A stretch of DNA of 63,842 bases, the filler included, from Albugo candida (lineage: Eukaryota), in NCBI GenBank assembly GCA_040437565.1. It is 19 parts of 19 records of this genome, joined end to end, with 100 filler letters (N's around TTAATTAATTAA, not from the genome) between each part and the next. Parts side by side here need not be neighbours in the genome. Positions count along the whole stretch, not along the records: positions 34,163 to 37,424 come from JBDOQK010000231.1; positions 37,525 to 40,776 come from JBDOQK010000232.1; positions 40,877 to 44,095 come from JBDOQK010000233.1; positions 44,196 to 47,412 come from JBDOQK010000234.1; 15 more parts are not named here. One strand, given 5' to 3'. The notes beneath the pieces are model-generated. The model was not told where the DNA came from, made no database searches, and saw only the letters and a program-made list of their open reading frames with translations. Positions 35,454 through 47,412 of this stretch are shown piece by piece; within the stretch, counting starts at the first letter, position 1, and every line of letters begins with the position of its first letter. A program made the position numbers and the translations under genes.

Positions 35454-37100
35454 TTATCCTTTTTTATTATAGTGTGTATTTTGTAGGGCTAATAAATACA
35501 AAAAAACCTTGACTTCGGAAGGGTAGAACATATTAGATAAGCCAACGCGGGGTGTCTCCAGTAAATAAATATTAATTCTTGTATTTTTAGAATTTTGGCA
35601 CAATTTAATTTGCTTTGATACTGCACTTTTCTTGAATTCAACGTTTGCCAATTCTAATTTGATTTGATCTCTTTTATGGACTATCAATAAATCTGCCTTT
35701 CTTACATTTTCATCATCGTGTGACTCTAAGTCAAGAATTTTGTTGTTTTTTGTGGCTTGACAGCCTGTTTCTCCACTAAATAAATATGGGTTAGTCGCAT
35801 GTTGTTGCATCTGTATTTCTTATCTTCACTTACTCTCTCACTACGAATTCTCTATCTTCAAATATAACATCAATAATTTGTCCAAATTTTCTTACATAGG
35901 TGGATTCGGACAACTCTTTCTCATCTCCTTCAAACATCTTCATAAAAGAAATTCTAAAGAAAAAACGATGAATGACATATTTCTGATATACGTTATTAAT
36001 GCGTAACTTACACATCTTTTAATATTCTTACAGTTTGGTAACTGATACTTTCAGTATCGTCTTCCTCGTATTGTAGTTTGTCGAGGTATTTTAAAGCTCT
36101 TTTATTGTTTGTGCTAAAGAAGAGAAAGTCAATATTTTTTTTTCACCACGTTAATATTGCTTACTCAAATATGAATTCTTCAACACCATTAAAAATACCA
36201 TCGATTTTTGACATATACTTCTCTTCTACACAAAAACTATCCTTGTAATTGATTGATTGGATTTCTTTAAGTAAATTATGATTAATATATTTCTTGTTCA
36301 AATACACAAAATCAGGGAAGACGAAGCTGATTATATAAGATACACATAATCTGTTAAATATTCTAATTAGTTTTTATCCGGAAAGATACAAATGTATTTA
36401 AATAAGCTTACTTCATGTATTCTACTTCAGTTACGCTAATTTTAGTTTGGTTTAAGATTGATTTAACAGCTTTTAACATTTGTACTGTTAACTTGCTATT
36501 ATCTAAAGCACTCCAATTCAAGGTATTTATTTTGGAAGTGTCTACTTCTTTCTTAATGATATAATTCTCTACTTGCAGTTTCAAGTTCTTTAAAATACTT
36601 TTTTCGTTTGATTCTTCTTCTTGTTGTTGTTGTTCTTCTTGTTGTTGTTCTTCTTGTTGTTGCTCTTCTTCTTCTTGTTCGTTATTAGCTTCTTCTCGTT
36701 CTTCTTCTTGTTCAAGTTGTTGAGAATCGTTTCGGTTTTTTTCTTGCAACATCTTCATTATAGTAGATGAACTACTTTCCGAAAAAGCCGACAAAGTTCT
36801 CATAGCTTGATATTCGAAGCTGGCAAAGGTAGCATTATTATTTTTATAAAACTCATAAGCTGTTTTAAATGGGGCAATTGTCCCCTTGTGCTTTGCAATT
36901 ATTTTTTCCTCTGGTCTAAATGCGATTATACCATTGTTATAACACCCTCTCCAGTATTCTTGAAAGCCCATGGGCGAATCGAACGCTTGTTCGTAAAAGC
37001 TATTGGTAATATCACTATTGCATTTATTAGCAAAATGAGGAAAGCTAAGGATTTCTGTTGTGTTTAAATAATTTTTGACGATCTCGTTATGATGATGCAT
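35454..37100 (-). CDS. Spliced hypothetical protein with PD-(D/E)XK nuclease-like C-terminal motifs, probably 3' disrupted
   Basis: Multi-exon gene with an E/Q-rich linker. Late exons give LSESTYV...GETGCQAT...RKADLL...ELANVEFKK...QNSKNTRIN. Similarity appears to stop near 35560. Confidence 0.6.
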
Positions 37101-37524
37101 TATAGTTATTAAGCTCAAAGAAAGAAAGAAGGTACGTTTGATTTACGTTCTCTGTTCTATAAAAGCAAGCTTTTTTTCTCTGTACGACAACAGTCATAAA
37201 GTGCCTTAAATCTTAAAGCGCCGAAAATTGACCTACCTTTTCTACGGCTTTCAACTAGCCCCAAACATACTTTTTTTAATTTTTAAAACGATAAATCTAT
37301 TCTTAAGACCTTTTTGAACATTATTATCGAAGTAGTTTTTTTATTTAAGTATAAAATGTTTTATTTGAAAGTTATCAAAGTTGATCGGTAGTTTAACTTT
37401 TTTAGCTGGGGCTATAGTGGGGAGNNNNNNNNNNNNNNNNNNNNNNNNNNNNNNNNNNNNNNNNNNNNTTAATTAATTAANNNNNNNNNNNNNNNNNNNN
37501 NNNNNNNNNNNNNNNNNNNNNNNN

Positions 37525-39329
37525 TTTCTGCTGCGCTCTATAGCATTTCTTGTGACTTACCAAGTCAAAGAAAGGTGGCTGGTCTTACTTCGTATATGTC
37601 CACTCGAGCTTGCTTTCTTTGCCGTAGATCGTTTCTTACTATTCCTGGTTGTAATCGACTTGATTTTAGCTGTGCCAATGACATTGAACAATGCAGAAAT
37701 GATAACAAGAAATTAGTAGACTTACAAGCAGCAAAATGGTCAACACTCACCTCGAAAAAGGAAAGAAAAATTCATGAGAAGGCTACTGGTATCCGTTATA
37801 GTGAGCTAAGAAGACTAAGAAATGTGGATGTTCTGGCGCAATCGACTTTTGATGTTCTACACAACTGCTTGTTGGGGATTACTAAATCTATGATTGACAT
37901 CTGGAAATCTGATGAGTATAACTTTTTTAATACAAAACATTTCACTGCCATGTCAAAAATTTCTCAAGACATCGTTTTACCAAGTAATGCTGAAAAGATT
38001 GTTTCAAAAATCGGTGATGGATTCTCTAATGGTAAAGGCATCGAGTATCAATCTTGGACCCAATTGTATTCTGAATACATTCTTTGTCACTTTGTCATTC
38101 CTAATGGTGGTCCAAAGCAATTCCAAAAGAAACATTACTTGAACTGGTTGCAGTTTGTTCAATTCTTTAAAATTATTTCTATGCCAGCAATAAGCGCAAA
38201 CAATGCTAAAGAAGCTCATCAAGTTTACAAGTCTTTTTTGGTTGACTACAATCGCTTATATCCAAATACTATGAAACCAAACTTTCATTTTGCTCTCCAT
38301 TTTTGTGATCAAATTATTGCGACTGGTAATGTCAACAACACCTCCCTGTACTCGTTTGAAAGACTTAACCAATGCATTAAAGAAGTTAGAACTAATGGTC
38401 ATGCTGAAGATCTGGAAAAAACTTACATGATGAACTTTTTACAGACTTCACATTCTTCCACAATAATTGATAAAATGTGTGCAGGTGTCTTAGATGATGA
38501 AGAAATACAAATTTTGAAAGACGTTACTGGTGGTCCAAAAAAAGAATTCCCATCAGAAATCCCTGATTATGCTTCTCGCATTGCTTTCTACAACCTCTCC
38601 TCACTCTTGTTCACATCAAAAAAGGGCAACGTAACTGGTGCTGAACCACTCTACCACAATCCGGGTGCAAAAGAAACAACATTCAAAGGCCCGATAGAGT
38701 TGGATCCTCTACATCACCAAGTTCTGATTGAATACTACAGTAATTGCTACGCTGGTCGTTTTCGCTTTTCTGGTTCCTTTGCAGATTCCTTCAGTTCTTC
38801 AAACTTGTCCCTTTCTTCCTCTTCTTCCTCCTCCAATTCTCTCGACAATTTGCATACTACTCATGTTGATCATAGTCTTCCCTGCATTTTCGTAAAAAGT
38901 CAAGTATTCCAATCGTCCACTTTTGAAGCTGACTGTCATTACAGTAGTGTCAGTGCTGGTTCCTCCAAGGGTGCTTACATTCAAGCTTTCTTTAGACTCG
39001 GTGACTCATCTGAATGTGCTTCTTACGTCGGTGAAATTCAATATTTTTTTGTTAGTACCATAGTTATTGATGGTGAACCGACTGCTCATACCTATTGTTT
39101 CATTCGCTGGTTTCTCCAAGGTAATAATCAACAAAACAAGTCCAATGATGAAGGTATGGAATGTAATTGGAAACGGGAGTTTGAGCCGGTCTCTTCTGAA
39201 TGTATTCTCCCTGTTCACCGAATTTACTCGCAAGTGGCAGTTGCTTGTAGATACAATAACAAATATAACCCAAAAATCCATCCCGACTACATTGTTGTAA
39301 TTCCTTATCAAAGAAGAGAAATTGTTTAA
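37525..39329 (+). CDS. CMC/CACTA-type DDE transposase, C-terminal part
   Basis: SCDLPS..KVAG, ACFLC, GIRYSELRRL, DVLHNCLLG, KPNFHFALH, YSFERLN, YVGEIQYFF, FIRWF, CILPVHRI. Collinear with 10372-13301. Confidence 0.92.
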
Positions 39330-39606
39330 CTGTATATATATTAGAAAAAAAATCATTAGAATAAAATTTAATAAAAAAAAGTTTATAAGCAATAATTTTA
39401 CCTAGTTACACGTTTAATTAATTTATTTAATTTCTCAACATTGCGATTGTCATTAAGTACAAGTAGAATGACTAAAGAGATGAACAGTTGTTTTTTTTTT
39501 AAAAAAAAAGGGATGTAGATTAACAAAAAAAAAAAAGAGTTGAGAAAAAGAGAAAAGAAAGAGATCTAAATTATTTTTTATTTCCGATTTTACTTTAAAC
39601 TAAATT

Positions 39607-40776
39607 TTACAACTGGTGGTACGCCCATGCAGGAAGCTCTGCTCTTCGAGTAGCACTTAATGTGACGTCTACGGGTTCACCAATACGACAATAAAGAGCT
39701 TCCCTATTTGCGTTTGGTCTTATTTCAAGATCTTTGTTGTTCAAATCCTTATAGAAATTGGTAGCCTAGTATATATATATATATATATAAGAGAGTGAGA
39801 ATTTTTATAATAACAAATAAAACATAATACAACAATACCTCTGTAGTACGATAAGTTGGGGGTCTAACAACCACTTTTGGAAGGCTATTATCGTTTGGCA
39901 ATTGACTACTATCAGTATCATCTTCTTCGTCACTCATATAATCAAGATGGAGAAGAAGAACACATTCTATACCATATCTTTCATTCATTTCTTCTTCCAT
40001 TTCCTCATACGCTTTAGTTCTATTGCTAAGTTTCTATTTATAACCATATTAGTAACAGAATAAACAAACATGATAATCTGTCAATTAAAATACTTTACTT
40101 TTAATCTTCTATTACGCAACTTAGCAGCATAATTTCTCTTATTTTTTTTTTCTTCGGAAGTGTTATTATCTGCTTTTTCGTTATTAAACTTGCGTTTAAT
40201 TTTCTCGTACAAGGATGCATCACTGATATATCCTGTATACCCTTCACCAATTGAAGGACGACTGACATCCAAACTAATTTCATTTTTGACGTATTGCTTA
40301 ATCATATTAACAAACTTTTGATTATCCTCGTGCAATATACTTTCGTTTTCATCAAAATTCCATGCAAGTCCATCCTGTTTCAATTGCTGTATGGCATTAC
40401 GAATCCAGCACTACACAATATAAAAAAGGTTACAAAATGAAAAGCAAATAAAATGTAGACCGTTTTTCTTTTTCTTACGTTGATGTTATTATTTGCTGTT
40501 ACGTCTTTTTCAACTAACGTAATATTAGTAGCGCCGTTTTGAGATGAGCTATCTTCATGTAAGAGACTTGATCTGTTATGGTCTTCTTGAAGCTTTAAAA
40601 TTTTGGTTAATTTTTCGTCCATTAAAGAGAGAGATCGCTCCATCTCATCTACTTTTCTTTTCAAGCTAATGTTGGCTTGCTCCATTTCTCCGTACTTCAA
40701 ATTGAATGCACTGTTTCTCATACCATTAGTAATGGCTGTGTTTATTTGTACACCCAAATCTGAAAATCCGTCTTTG
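39607..40776 (-). CDS. CMC-element second gene (family Y), spliced, 5' truncated, convergent with the transposase
   Basis: Exons give a coiled coil, WNFDENES, AAKLRNRRLK, LDYMSDEEDD..VVRPPTYRTTE and a final ATNFYKDL...ELPAWAYHQL*. Confidence 0.75.
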
Positions 40777-41213
40777 NNNNNNNNNNNNNNNNNNNNNNNN
40801 NNNNNNNNNNNNNNNNNNNNTTAATTAATTAANNNNNNNNNNNNNNNNNNNNNNNNNNNNNNNNNNNNNNNNNNNNAAAAAAAAAATTAGCACTGTATAT
40901 TGTGTAATTTGCATATCCACCCTTATTTTTCATTTAATGAAGCATTCTTTAAAATTTGGGTGCGCCGTATACACGTACAATTAATTATTAAATTCATGCA
41001 TTGTTTTTTTAATATATAATTAATAAAATTTTCATTTTTTATGAAAAGAATGATACTAAAGCAGTGATATGACTTGAAGTTCTAATCAAGTTAAATACAT
41101 AAACTAATAACATGTCAGGGTAACATTTGAAAAAATGCGCAAAATTTATAAAAACGTAATAAGGGTATTGAATTAAAACCTCTCTTTCTTCATTCTTTAT
41201 TTCATTTTATAAC

Positions 41214-42038
41214 ATGGCTAACAACATTAAATCTCAACGCAAGAAAACTGTTAAAGTTCTTTCAGAAGAAGAAAAACAAATAAGGGCTGAAAAACAAAAG
41301 ACAAGACATGCCAAGGCAAACAAAACATATTACCAAAATAAAAAAAGGTACATAAATGGAAGCGGCAAAATGCATCGATTCAAAACCGACGTTGTAAATG
41401 CTATTCGATTATCCAACAGTGATCAAATGTCTCTTCTTTTGCAGTTTGAAATGGAGTTGGTGAAATGGAAGTCTTTTGTTTTGGGGGATGGTGGAAGCTT
41501 TACTCTTCTTCAATCAATCATCCTTTGTTACGCCTATGCAACCACTGTCATTACGTGTAATAGATTTTTGGAGTTTGATATTGCTCCTAGAATAGTTTAT
41601 ATAGGTTTTTTCTCAGGAGCGAAGGCATTCTTTGAAAAGTGCCGAATTTTATTTTGGAGAATCACAGCACCACCTGCTCAAGACCTGGTTAACCGATTTT
41701 GCTCTTTGTCAGGTGTTGAATCAAGAAAGTTTCGGCCTGCTCTCGTTCTGTCTACTGCTCTCCTGGTTACTTTTTGTTCGACTTTTCCTTTTGAAGAAAA
41801 ATATATGGTAAGCTTTGAATTACGAGAGTTTCTGTGTGGATCGGGTTTTGGAGCTGGCGATGAAGACGATTTAGAAGAATCTGTGAACGATTCAACACTT
41901 CGTCTGAATCACACACCTACAGATCCAGCTCAAGATGAGGAATTCATGAACGACGAGGAAGACTATGGAGATCTCTTTGACTCTGATGACGAGGTTTCAG
42001 GCGATGACGATGAAGAAGAAGATGACAGTAGTGAATAA
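41214..42038 (+). CDS. Intronless hypothetical protein (family A): basic N-terminus, acidic tail
   Basis: 274-aa ORF flanked by AT-rich DNA. Clear paralog at 43248-44011. Confidence 0.8.
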   Translation: MANNIKSQRKKTVKVLSEEEKQIRAEKQKTRHAKANKTYYQNKKRYINGSGKMHRFKTDVVNAIRLSNSDQMSLLLQFEMELVKWKSFVLGDGGSFTLLQSIILCYAYATTVITCNRFLEFDIAPRIVYIGFFSGAKAFFEKCRILFWRITAPPAQDLVNRFCSLSGVESRKFRPALVLSTALLVTFCSTFPFEEKYMVSFELREFLCGSGFGAGDEDDLEESVNDSTLRLNHTPTDPAQDEEFMNDEEDYGDLFDSDDEVSGDDDEEEDDSSE

Positions 42039-42543
42039 AAAATTAAATACAAAATAAAAATAATTTTTTACAATATATTGTTTGATAAAGCTTTTTTATT
42101 TAAAACTATTTTGCCCTTTTCATTTCGGTCATTATGATTACTATTTTTTTCTGGAAAGAATTACATTTAAAAGACCATCTGTACAGTGATTTTTGTTAGT
42201 AGAAGTTCATATTTTAAAAATATTATTTTCGAGTTCAAAAAATAATAAATTCCCCCTTTTCTAATTTTTAGGTGGTGTGCAATAAAATTTATATACATTC
42301 CATCCAACATATAATAAGACTTTTTGTAATAAGAGTTTATATTATGAGACTTGATAATATTTTTGTAGTAAAACTTAATAACATTTTTATAATAAGAGTT
42401 TATAATATTTTAAACACGATAGAGGAGATTTATAACAATTGGTATATATAGCTACGATTTTATGAAGTTTACGTTCCTGAATTTTGATCCTTTATCTATA
42501 TTTGCTACTGTTTATTTATATATTTTTTCCGCACAAAAACAAA

Positions 42544-43113
42544 ATGTCCTATCTCTCGAACATCCTCCATCCTTTAAAAGAAGCTGACAATAACGACACT
42601 GATGAAATTGGTTCTATTAGCAGTGAAGAGGATAATATTAGTTCTCCTAGACAGCTTCCTGTTAAAAGAAGACTAATTGCAACAAATGATAAAGAAAATG
42701 CAGCAACTGATGAAGCAAATTCATCAAATGTTATTGACACCACCAACACCAGTAGACCGGCTGAAATTCATAGATACGTCAAGCTTAAAGAAAAAATAGA
42801 GGCTTTACAAAAGAAATTTGATGAAAAGTATGAAGCTTTTGTTGTTATCAATGGTGCTGAAGCTTTAGAGGATAAAACTAAAGTAAAAAATAATATTGAA
42901 ATGTTGAAGCGGTTTGATTTAATAGCACGGGATCTTAAACTCACTTGTTTGAGGGTTAAAAAAAGAGAAATTCTTTATCCTAATTTGCTTGAACGCGAAG
43001 GGATTGTTGACTGCAAGCAATTTGTGGATAACAAATTGAAAATTTTGTCTTTGGAGACAGAAGTAAAAAAATTGAAAAACACAATATATCATTTTTTTGA
43101 AAGAAAGAAATAA
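42544..43113 (+). CDS. Intronless coiled-coil hypothetical protein (family B)
   Basis: ATG at 42544. Homologous to 55297-55827 (EKI..LQ.KF...YE.F..I.GA.A..DK...LRV..RE.LY......G.VDCK.F). Confidence 0.8.
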   Translation: MSYLSNILHPLKEADNNDTDEIGSISSEEDNISSPRQLPVKRRLIATNDKENAATDEANSSNVIDTTNTSRPAEIHRYVKLKEKIEALQKKFDEKYEAFVVINGAEALEDKTKVKNNIEMLKRFDLIARDLKLTCLRVKKREILYPNLLEREGIVDCKQFVDNKLKILSLETEVKKLKNTIYHFFERKK

Positions 43114-43247
43114 TTGTTATAAATAAAAATAAATCCAATTTCGTGCATATTATGCTTTTTTTTTTGTATTGCTGGTAGAAAAAAACTCCTTAAAAGAGCG
43201 TTCCCCCTTTTTTTTTTAACAATTTTACTATTTTCGTTTCATTCACC

Positions 43248-44011
43248 ATGGCAATTACGAGATCTCAAGACAAAAAAAGACCAGCAAAACAACCAGCAAA
43301 AAAAAGGCAAAACAACCAACAAAAAAAAAGATAAAACAACCAAAAAAAAAAATTACTAGTCAAGAAAGAGTTGAAAAAAGAAAGGCCGTTCTTAGCAAAG
43401 CTGGAAAAGTATATTTCAAAAAAAAGAAAGGCGATATACTTCCCAAGGCCAAAATACACCGCTTTAAACTTAGTGTAAAGTCGGCTATAGAATCAGCTAA
43501 TAATTATAGTGAAGTTCTTGCAATATTATTTGAAAAAGAATTAGAGAAATGGGAAACAGTACCTGGAAACTTCACCATTCCTCAAGCAATGCGACTTTGC
43601 TACACCCACGCAAGTTCGTTTATTGTCAATAATGGCCAGTTTTTAAAGGTTGAAGTTGAACCAAAAGTTGTACGATTGGCTCGTTTTCCTGGAGCAAAAG
43701 AATTTTTTGACAGTAAAAGACTTCTTCCTTTGATAAACCAGCCACTACCTACTCAAGACTTGATAAGCAAGTTTTGTTTAATTTTTGACAAAGAAAAATC
43801 ACCTGTTCGCGATTCTCTTGTCTTCTTCACTGCTCTGTTGATCAGTTTTCTCCCCGTTTTCCCTTTCAATGACAAATATAAGTCAAAACTTGGCTTTAAA
43901 TATTTACCATCTTTTTCTGAAGACGCCTCTCTCCAACCTGGGGAGCTTCTTGAAGAAGAAGAAGAAGATGAAGAAAGAGAATATGATGGGTTGATGGAAG
44001 AAAGTGATTGA
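43248..44011 (+). CDS. Family A paralog with a single frameshift in an A8 run
   Basis: ATG 43248. One extra A at 43298-43305 gives a continuous frame through IHRFK...FEKELEKW...FTIPQAMRLCY...FPGAKEFF...QDLISKFC...TALLISF...FPFNDKY, matching 41214-42038. Confidence 0.75.
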
Positions 44012-44910
44012 AAATGCAATCATCTTTATAGTTTATTTTAAATAAAAATGCTCTTAAAAAAACATTTCATGAAAGGACAAATAATACTTCTTTTTNNNNN
44101 NNNNNNNNNNNNNNNNNNNNNNNNNNNNNNNNNNNNNNNTTAATTAATTAANNNNNNNNNNNNNNNNNNNNNNNNNNNNNNNNNNNNNNNNNNNNAATTC
44201 TATTGCTCAAGTCAACTCGAGCAATATTTCTCGCGCTGAATTTCACCACTGAAATATTTCTATGAGATTTGTCCATGCACGTGACATTTACATTGGTATT
44301 CAAATGTGACGTCTTTCACAGATTGCGGACAGAGAAATACTCGAATGATTAAAACATTTACCGTCATATCTAACGCTTTACTACCGATTCCATGCACACC
44401 TGTAGCAACCCGTACATAGCAGGGGCATTTGAAGTGCTACTTCGATGATTGTGTCCGGATTGATGTGGTACCGTGTACACGTTGCATCTACGTCGTCCTG
44501 AATCAGTTTGTCTGGCAGAAGTATTTAATCGTATTTTGAAAACGAATTAGATGCATAAGGTCTTCACCTCACCAGCTCGTATGATTTGTTCTGAGTTTTC
44601 CACCACTTAGGCGCAATTGACACAAGTCGGTCACTTGTTTAATCAGGCTACTTTCTTCGCTTTACTGGAATGATAAGATTTGTTTACTATGAGCTGGATT
44701 GTTCACCTCCTTGTATTATAGTTCCCACTTACAGAAACCACATAGAAGAGAAAAAAGTGCCCAACCAAGAACGTTGACGAGTTTGCCTTTGAAAGAGATT
44801 TCTCGAGATGGGTCAATGCGGGGATTCTTTCCTCTAGATCGAACCACCTGCATGGTCCTTTGCTCCTGCCTCTAATTTGATGGTACAATGAATCCAGAGA
44901 GTGGTGACAT

Positions 44911-47412
44911 TGTCATGCCGCCGAGTCGGGCAACAATATGGAGCTGACTCTATGCTAGACAGGCCATGACGTCACAGGCCATGACGTCACAGCCTGACGT
45001 CACAAGATGACGTCATTAGGAACATTATAGAGTGACCTAGAATGATAGGCTTAGAGGTAGCACAGGGTAGCGAACTAAGGACCTATATTAAGTCAGTTTT
45101 AAATTTCTAAGTGAACAATCAGTCTTCAAATCTGGTAGCACTTGTTGGTCCTCACCGTCCCCGCCGTCCTCGCCGTCCCTACCGCACCAGCCGCATTCTT
45201 GCCGCCTCGAGAAACACCTGGACACGTCTCACCGCTCCGACTCGCGCAAAAAACATCAAAATTCCCTTACTCTCGCACGCCAGTGACTTCTTAGATTCGA
45301 GACCACTGTGAACCTGCGCATCTCACGCAAAATCACTAAGCACAGGGTCAAAATTATCCGAGTTTCTTGTGCCGACCGCTAATTCAAAAACCTCCTTGGA
45401 ACCCGGACCAAAGGTTGTCAAGAGAAGCACCCAAGAGCCAAAAAGGACCCCAGATCAACCACGTAGAGTTAACTAATCGTATTGGCTCAACAATGTCCAC
45501 CCCGATGACTTCTGATCAGCATGCACAATTGCTGTACTCTATGGTTAAAACTATGGAAAAACAAGCGCAATTGCTCGAGCAATTTCAAAAATCAAAACAG
45601 CTTTCGGAAATCAATCTAGAGGCTGTGACACTTCCGACGTATGGAGGTAGGCTGGATGAATCCTTCAACTCTACAAGGAGCAAGTGGAACAATACTTCTT
45701 TGCAAGAGGAGTGGACTGATAGAGTCTACAACTTTCTCAAAGAATACTCGCTGTCTTAGGCGGGACAATGAAGAAAGGAGCCGCTCAGTGGTATGTGATG
45801 CAAAAACAGTATGTCACAAACGTGGACGACTTCTTCAGCAAAGTCGAACGTGAATTTGTCCCTGGTGATCTGCAAGAGCGTCTGCGTGAGAATATGAACA
45901 ATGGGAGAGAGCGCGATTGCGAAGATCTTCCTGATTATGTGTGCAAGTTTCGCCACTTAGTCACTCGAGTTCAAGAGATGAGCGAGCTGGACCAGATCAT
46001 GTACTTTATCTGTGGACTGACAGGTCGCACGCGGAAAGATGTTCAGTACCGTCGCCTGTACAACACTCTCCGAAGCTATCACGGTTGCGTTAGACTTTGA
46101 CCATTCTCATCCGCCGAGACATTCTCGAGGAATTTCGCACGATAGACCGCGGTACAGGTCATACGAAAGCAGTCGTCGATATCGATCAAACGATGGTACG
46201 GATCCAATGGACATCAGCTACGTGCAAATTCCGTCTCGCGACGAATGTCGCCGCCGTAATTTGTGCTTCAAGTGCGGAAGTCCAAATCATCGCTGCGCAC
46301 AGTGTCGTCATCGCCAGCCACGTAATGATCGAGGTAACAATCGTCCAAACGGAATTATCAGCAAAATGGAAGTCGTCAGCAAGGCAACAATGTGGACAGC
46401 CGTGAGGACGAAAAAGAATCCACTTTTTACGACCGTGTCATGATCAATGTCGTGGAGGTCCAAAAGACGACAGAAGTAGAACCTATTGTCTTAGAATCAA
46501 GCAACTTTGGATCGGACATGCCAGTGGAAGGTCGACTACTAGTACGTGATGGTGTCATTAGAAACAAATCCGTCAAGATTTTGATCGACTCTGGTGCGTC
46601 CACAAATCTGATCAAACCTGGTCTGTTCTCAAAAATACTAAGCGCACAAAAGGTACAAGCGCGTCGTTTTGACGGAACGTGGACATCGAGTCATCCCACG
46701 AAGAGAGTGGAAGATACCCTTCGCATCGACGGTATGGAGTTCCCAAGGATGCAGTTCATGGAATGGGATTTACCGGATACGCATGAATTAATATTTGGTC
46801 AACCATGGTTCACCAAGTACAACCCACGAATTGATTGGCGATCGCAACATATTGAAGTTGGAGCCCAACGAAGTTCGAAGACGTGGATGGTCCTACCTTC
46901 CAAGAGAAACTGAACAGGGGAGCATATGAGGAGATATATCAGCTGAAGATTACCAACGTAGAACCATCAGAAATATCTCAGGAGCTGAAAGCAGTTCTGG
47001 ACGAACACAAGGACGTATTTCCAGAACAACTTCCGAATGAAATGCTTCCAAAGCGATCAGTGAACATCGAACTGCAAATAAAGCCTAATGCGGTGCCGAG
47101 CGCCCGTGCTCCCTTTTGTCTTTCGAAGGTTAAGCAAGAGGCACTGCAGCAATTCGTTGAAGAGAATATACGAAACTAATGGATAGAAGTAACCAACCCT
47201 TCATGGGTCTCCAATATTTTTGATATCTCAAAGAAAGATCCCACAACCGAAAAGTTCCCAAAACGCGCCGAATGGCTCCGAAGCGGAAATTCGAAGATTC
47301 CCATTCGCTGGGTAATTGAATACCGTTTTGTGAATAGCATGTCCGTCGTGGCAAAAATTCCTTTGCCATTAATCGAAGAACTACTCGACCGCATGGTTGA
47401 ATGCAAGTATTT
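44911..47412 (+). mobile_element. Decayed Ty3/Gypsy LTR retrotransposon (5' LTR, gag, protease, RT start), oomycete-like
   Basis: Putative LTR TG..CA 44911-45128 with TGGTAGCA PBS-like sequence at 45133. Gag with DPMDI and CFKCGSPNHRCAQC, protease LIDSGASTN, LIFGQPWF, and RT start KKDPTT..IPIRWVIEYRFVN..PLPLIEELLDRM. Frameshifts and stops. Confidence 0.88.
44967..45015. promoter_or_regulatory. Four tandem TGACGTCA (CRE/bZIP-type) palindromes in the putative LTR
   Basis: Perfect TGACGTCA at 44967, 44982, 44995 and 45008. Function inferred only. Confidence 0.55.
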
